A stretch of 64,000 nucleotides of DNA from Malacoraja senta (taxonomy: Eukaryota). Below the pieces are notes generated by a model. The model saw only the letters and a program-made list of their open reading frames with translations, ran no database searches and was not told the DNA's origin. The stretch is from NCBI GenBank assembly GCA_038087875.1, contig CM075980.1, positions 9,424,001 to 9,488,000 of the forward strand, read 5' to 3'. The stretch's first letter is position 1, and the number at the start of each line of letters is the position of its first letter. Below, one piece after another: positions 61,178-64,000 of the stretch. A program made the translations under genes and the position numbers.

Positions 61178-64000
61178 GTAAGTAAAATAATGGCTCTCTG
61201 AAAAATGGCATTTGACAAATCACCAGCTTTCAATTTTAACCGATTTTCAAAACGTTAAATGTCGTCCTCCAATTCTTGCAATAATACGGAAGCGTATAAA
61301 ACAAACCCCAATTTGCTTTGTGAATATAAATGGAAATTGATGCCATTATAATGTATTAATACAGGGTACTTGAATAGCCTCCGGTTAGATTGAAAGAAAA
61401 CGGACTGCACTTCCATTTGCGTAGCGTGATAAAAACTTGGGGGTAATAAACAAACAGGCTGAGGCACTCAGCGAGTTAGGCAGCATCTGTGGAGGCATTT
61501 CAGGTTGAGACCCAGCATCGTGACAACGTCCTCATTCCAAGGTGTTACGTACACAGATGGTGCCTGGTCCACTGAGTTCGTCCACCAGTTTGCTTTTGTT
61601 TGCTCTAGGTTTCAGCATCTGCAGTCTCCATGATTGCGTGTTAAAATCTTGGAGCGGATCTCGGACTCACTTATTAGATGATCCTCTTACCGAACATTTC
61701 AACTTTGAGAGGAGACGGAAATGGTTAAGTCTGGATGTAGCATAGTCATGTGTGATAGATTCAAAGAAAAAATAGCTGTGTCAGTATCGAAGCCAAAACT
61801 GATGTACCGATGAAAGTAGAGAATTGTTTGATTGTGTGTTTAGCAATGTCCTATGAGGATCTTCGCCGTAAGGTTCGACGAGGAAATACATTTTGAATTG
61901 ACTCCCGTGCTAAAACTCATTGTCAACAAATTACAAAAACGCAATTATAAAACCTGTATACGTCGCATTTTATTTCACAGCAAACACTATGGTGAGCATT
62001 TTTCGATTGATGTTGCAGGGGCTGGTGTATGAAATTATTGGAAGTCTCACTCATCTCCAAAATTATAACATTCAAATAGAACCTGAAGAAGAGTTTCTCC
62101 AGCATTTTTGTCGACCTTCGATTTTCCAACATCTGCAGTTCCTTTTTAAACATTCAAATAGAACATGCCTTGAAGCCCGTAACGTAACCTCTACGTTACA
62201 CATAGTTGGCGCATGGGCTCAAACGGCGCTCTTGAGTTGAGATTTCAAATAATTCAGCGCCATCTAATAACTAAGTTTATTTTCACCTGTCTTGACATCG
62301 TCCCCTCCCTTCCAGAATTCCAAGCCTAGAACCGGCATCCCGGTATCTAAAACTGTCAAAGGCAATAGGAAATATTTATGATATTGTCCCTGTTTTCAGA
62401 GCGCAGTCCCGGCCAGTATAACTTCTCTTTGTAGTACAATCTCCGCAACATAGGAATTAATTTGTGAATGAAGGTTGCAATCCCTCCATTGTATCAGCAT
62501 TCGTACAACTTGCAGCGCATGCATCTGATATCCAACTGCGCAATTATAGAAAACAATTTAAAGATTTAATTTTTTTAAATCCGCGCTTTTTCAGGAGCTT
62601 GTCAAAAACAATCCCTTTTGGTGCGACAGTATTAACAGCATTTAGTGCTATTGAAACGAGGACCGCGTGAAATGTGTTTTACGATAGCAAGAGAAGGGCT
62701 GTACAATAACTGCAAATGCTTAAATCCTGAATAAAACACAAAGTGCTGGGGGACACAGTGGGTCAGGCAGCAGCTGTGAAGCGAATGAACCTGTTCATTC
62801 CCTTCCAAGATGCTGCCTGATCCTCCGAGTTCCTCCAGCATTTTGTGTTTTACACAATAGAGTATGGCGAACATCGATGCGAATATCAGCAGTCTTACCT
62901 CATTCGTTGAGACGACAATGGATTTTATTTACACTAAGAGGGAATGTGCATTGATATCTTACGTTTCGCAACCCCAGTATCCAAAGGCAGTAAGGCAGTA
63001 AGGTATTGGCCTAGATACATCTGGGGACATTTCTTTCGAACTGAAATTTCTTCTTCGGTTTGGTGTAACGATAAACATTGATGCATAATAACTGTCGTTA
63101 TTTGTTGGAAAATGCATTTAATGAACTTGCACATTGTGTGACTTTAGCACCCACGACCTTGCCCATGTGTATGTATCGCGAGGAGGATTAAGTTGTTTAG
63201 CAGACTTTTGAATTTGTTCTTCCTGTGAACCGGCCGGGATCTTGGTCAATGCGAGTAGGTTGATTGAGGGAGTGAACATCCCGACGCCCCAGTGGTAGCC
63301 AAATATACCTTTGACACATCCATCAGAAATAGTGCAAAATTATAAACAATTGAAGTGGCGAAGGAGGTGGGGGTGGGGGGGGGGTGATAAATTCCAGCGG
63401 AAATTATCTGAATTGGTCGCACTGAAATATTTTGAGTTTGGTGGCAAAACTCGAAATCTCGCTGCTTATAATTTCAAGGATGGAGTGAAACTGACCAAAG
63501 CATTTCATTGTAAGAGTCCCGCTTTAATTAATGTTGATTTCTCTGACCGACCCCACCTTCCCCCACCCCTCCCAAGATTGTCCGAATTATTTTTTCAACC
63601 ACGAGGATGTAAATAGGATGAACATTGAATGGAACACAACGTATTTACGGGAGTGTCTCTTTCCAAAATATCTACCTAAAATCGTCTTACATTTGTGAAT
63701 TGTTTCCACACCTTTGGACAAACTGTAGTAATGATCTTCTGTTGCACAGACATTTTCACGTGTTTGCAAAAGTATATTAATTGTAAAGTAGTGGACATAT
63801 AAACATAATGAATGGTGGCTGGAGTATTCTACCCAATACTTCCAGTTGGCTCCGAAGATACTCAGTTCATATTCATCGTAAACGGCCTGAAAGATATTAT
63901 GTTTAAGAAAGAACTGCAGATGCTGGAAAAATCGAAGCTAGACAAAAATGCTGGAGAAATTCAGCGGGTGAGGCAGCATCTATGGAGCGAAGGAATAGGT

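Noticed and set aside
47671-62760. Perfect CACAGTG heptamers at 47671, 51308 and 62754 as possible RSSs
   Set aside because: No nonamer at 12/23 spacing, no adjacent V or J coding segment, and two of them lie inside repeats.

Overview
Vertebrate genomic DNA from a cartilaginous fish, most likely a skate or ray (inferred from Ig sequence type and repeat families; species not determinable here). The window is part of an immunoglobulin light-chain locus of the lambda / type II (NS3-like) isotype, with cluster organisation and germline-joined VJ exons, all on the + strand. Cluster 1 (L 16990-17035, VJ 17132-17480, C 19825-20147) has a +1 frameshift just before the second V cysteine. Cluster 2 (L 36630-36675, VJ 36770-37111, C 39524-39846) is intact and encodes 236 aa. 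Cluster 3 (L 60699-60747, VJ 60836-61177) is a divergent in-frame VJ whose C exon is not in the window. An orphan, internally deleted but still in-frame C-lambda exon lies at 46594-46754. Clusters 1 and 2 sit in a segmental duplication (about 7435-21459 vs 22986-41164) that gives clean filled/empty sites for two CR1 insertions. All three V promoters share an E-box + octamer + CRE-half-site module. The remainder is transposon-rich: CR1 and Rex1/Babar LINEs, Penelope-like elements with minimal hammerhead-ribozyme motifs, tRNA-derived V-SINEs, Harbinger-type and hAT MITEs, and probable Helitron-like elements. There are two assembly gaps. All alignments and counts were done by eye; no searches were run.
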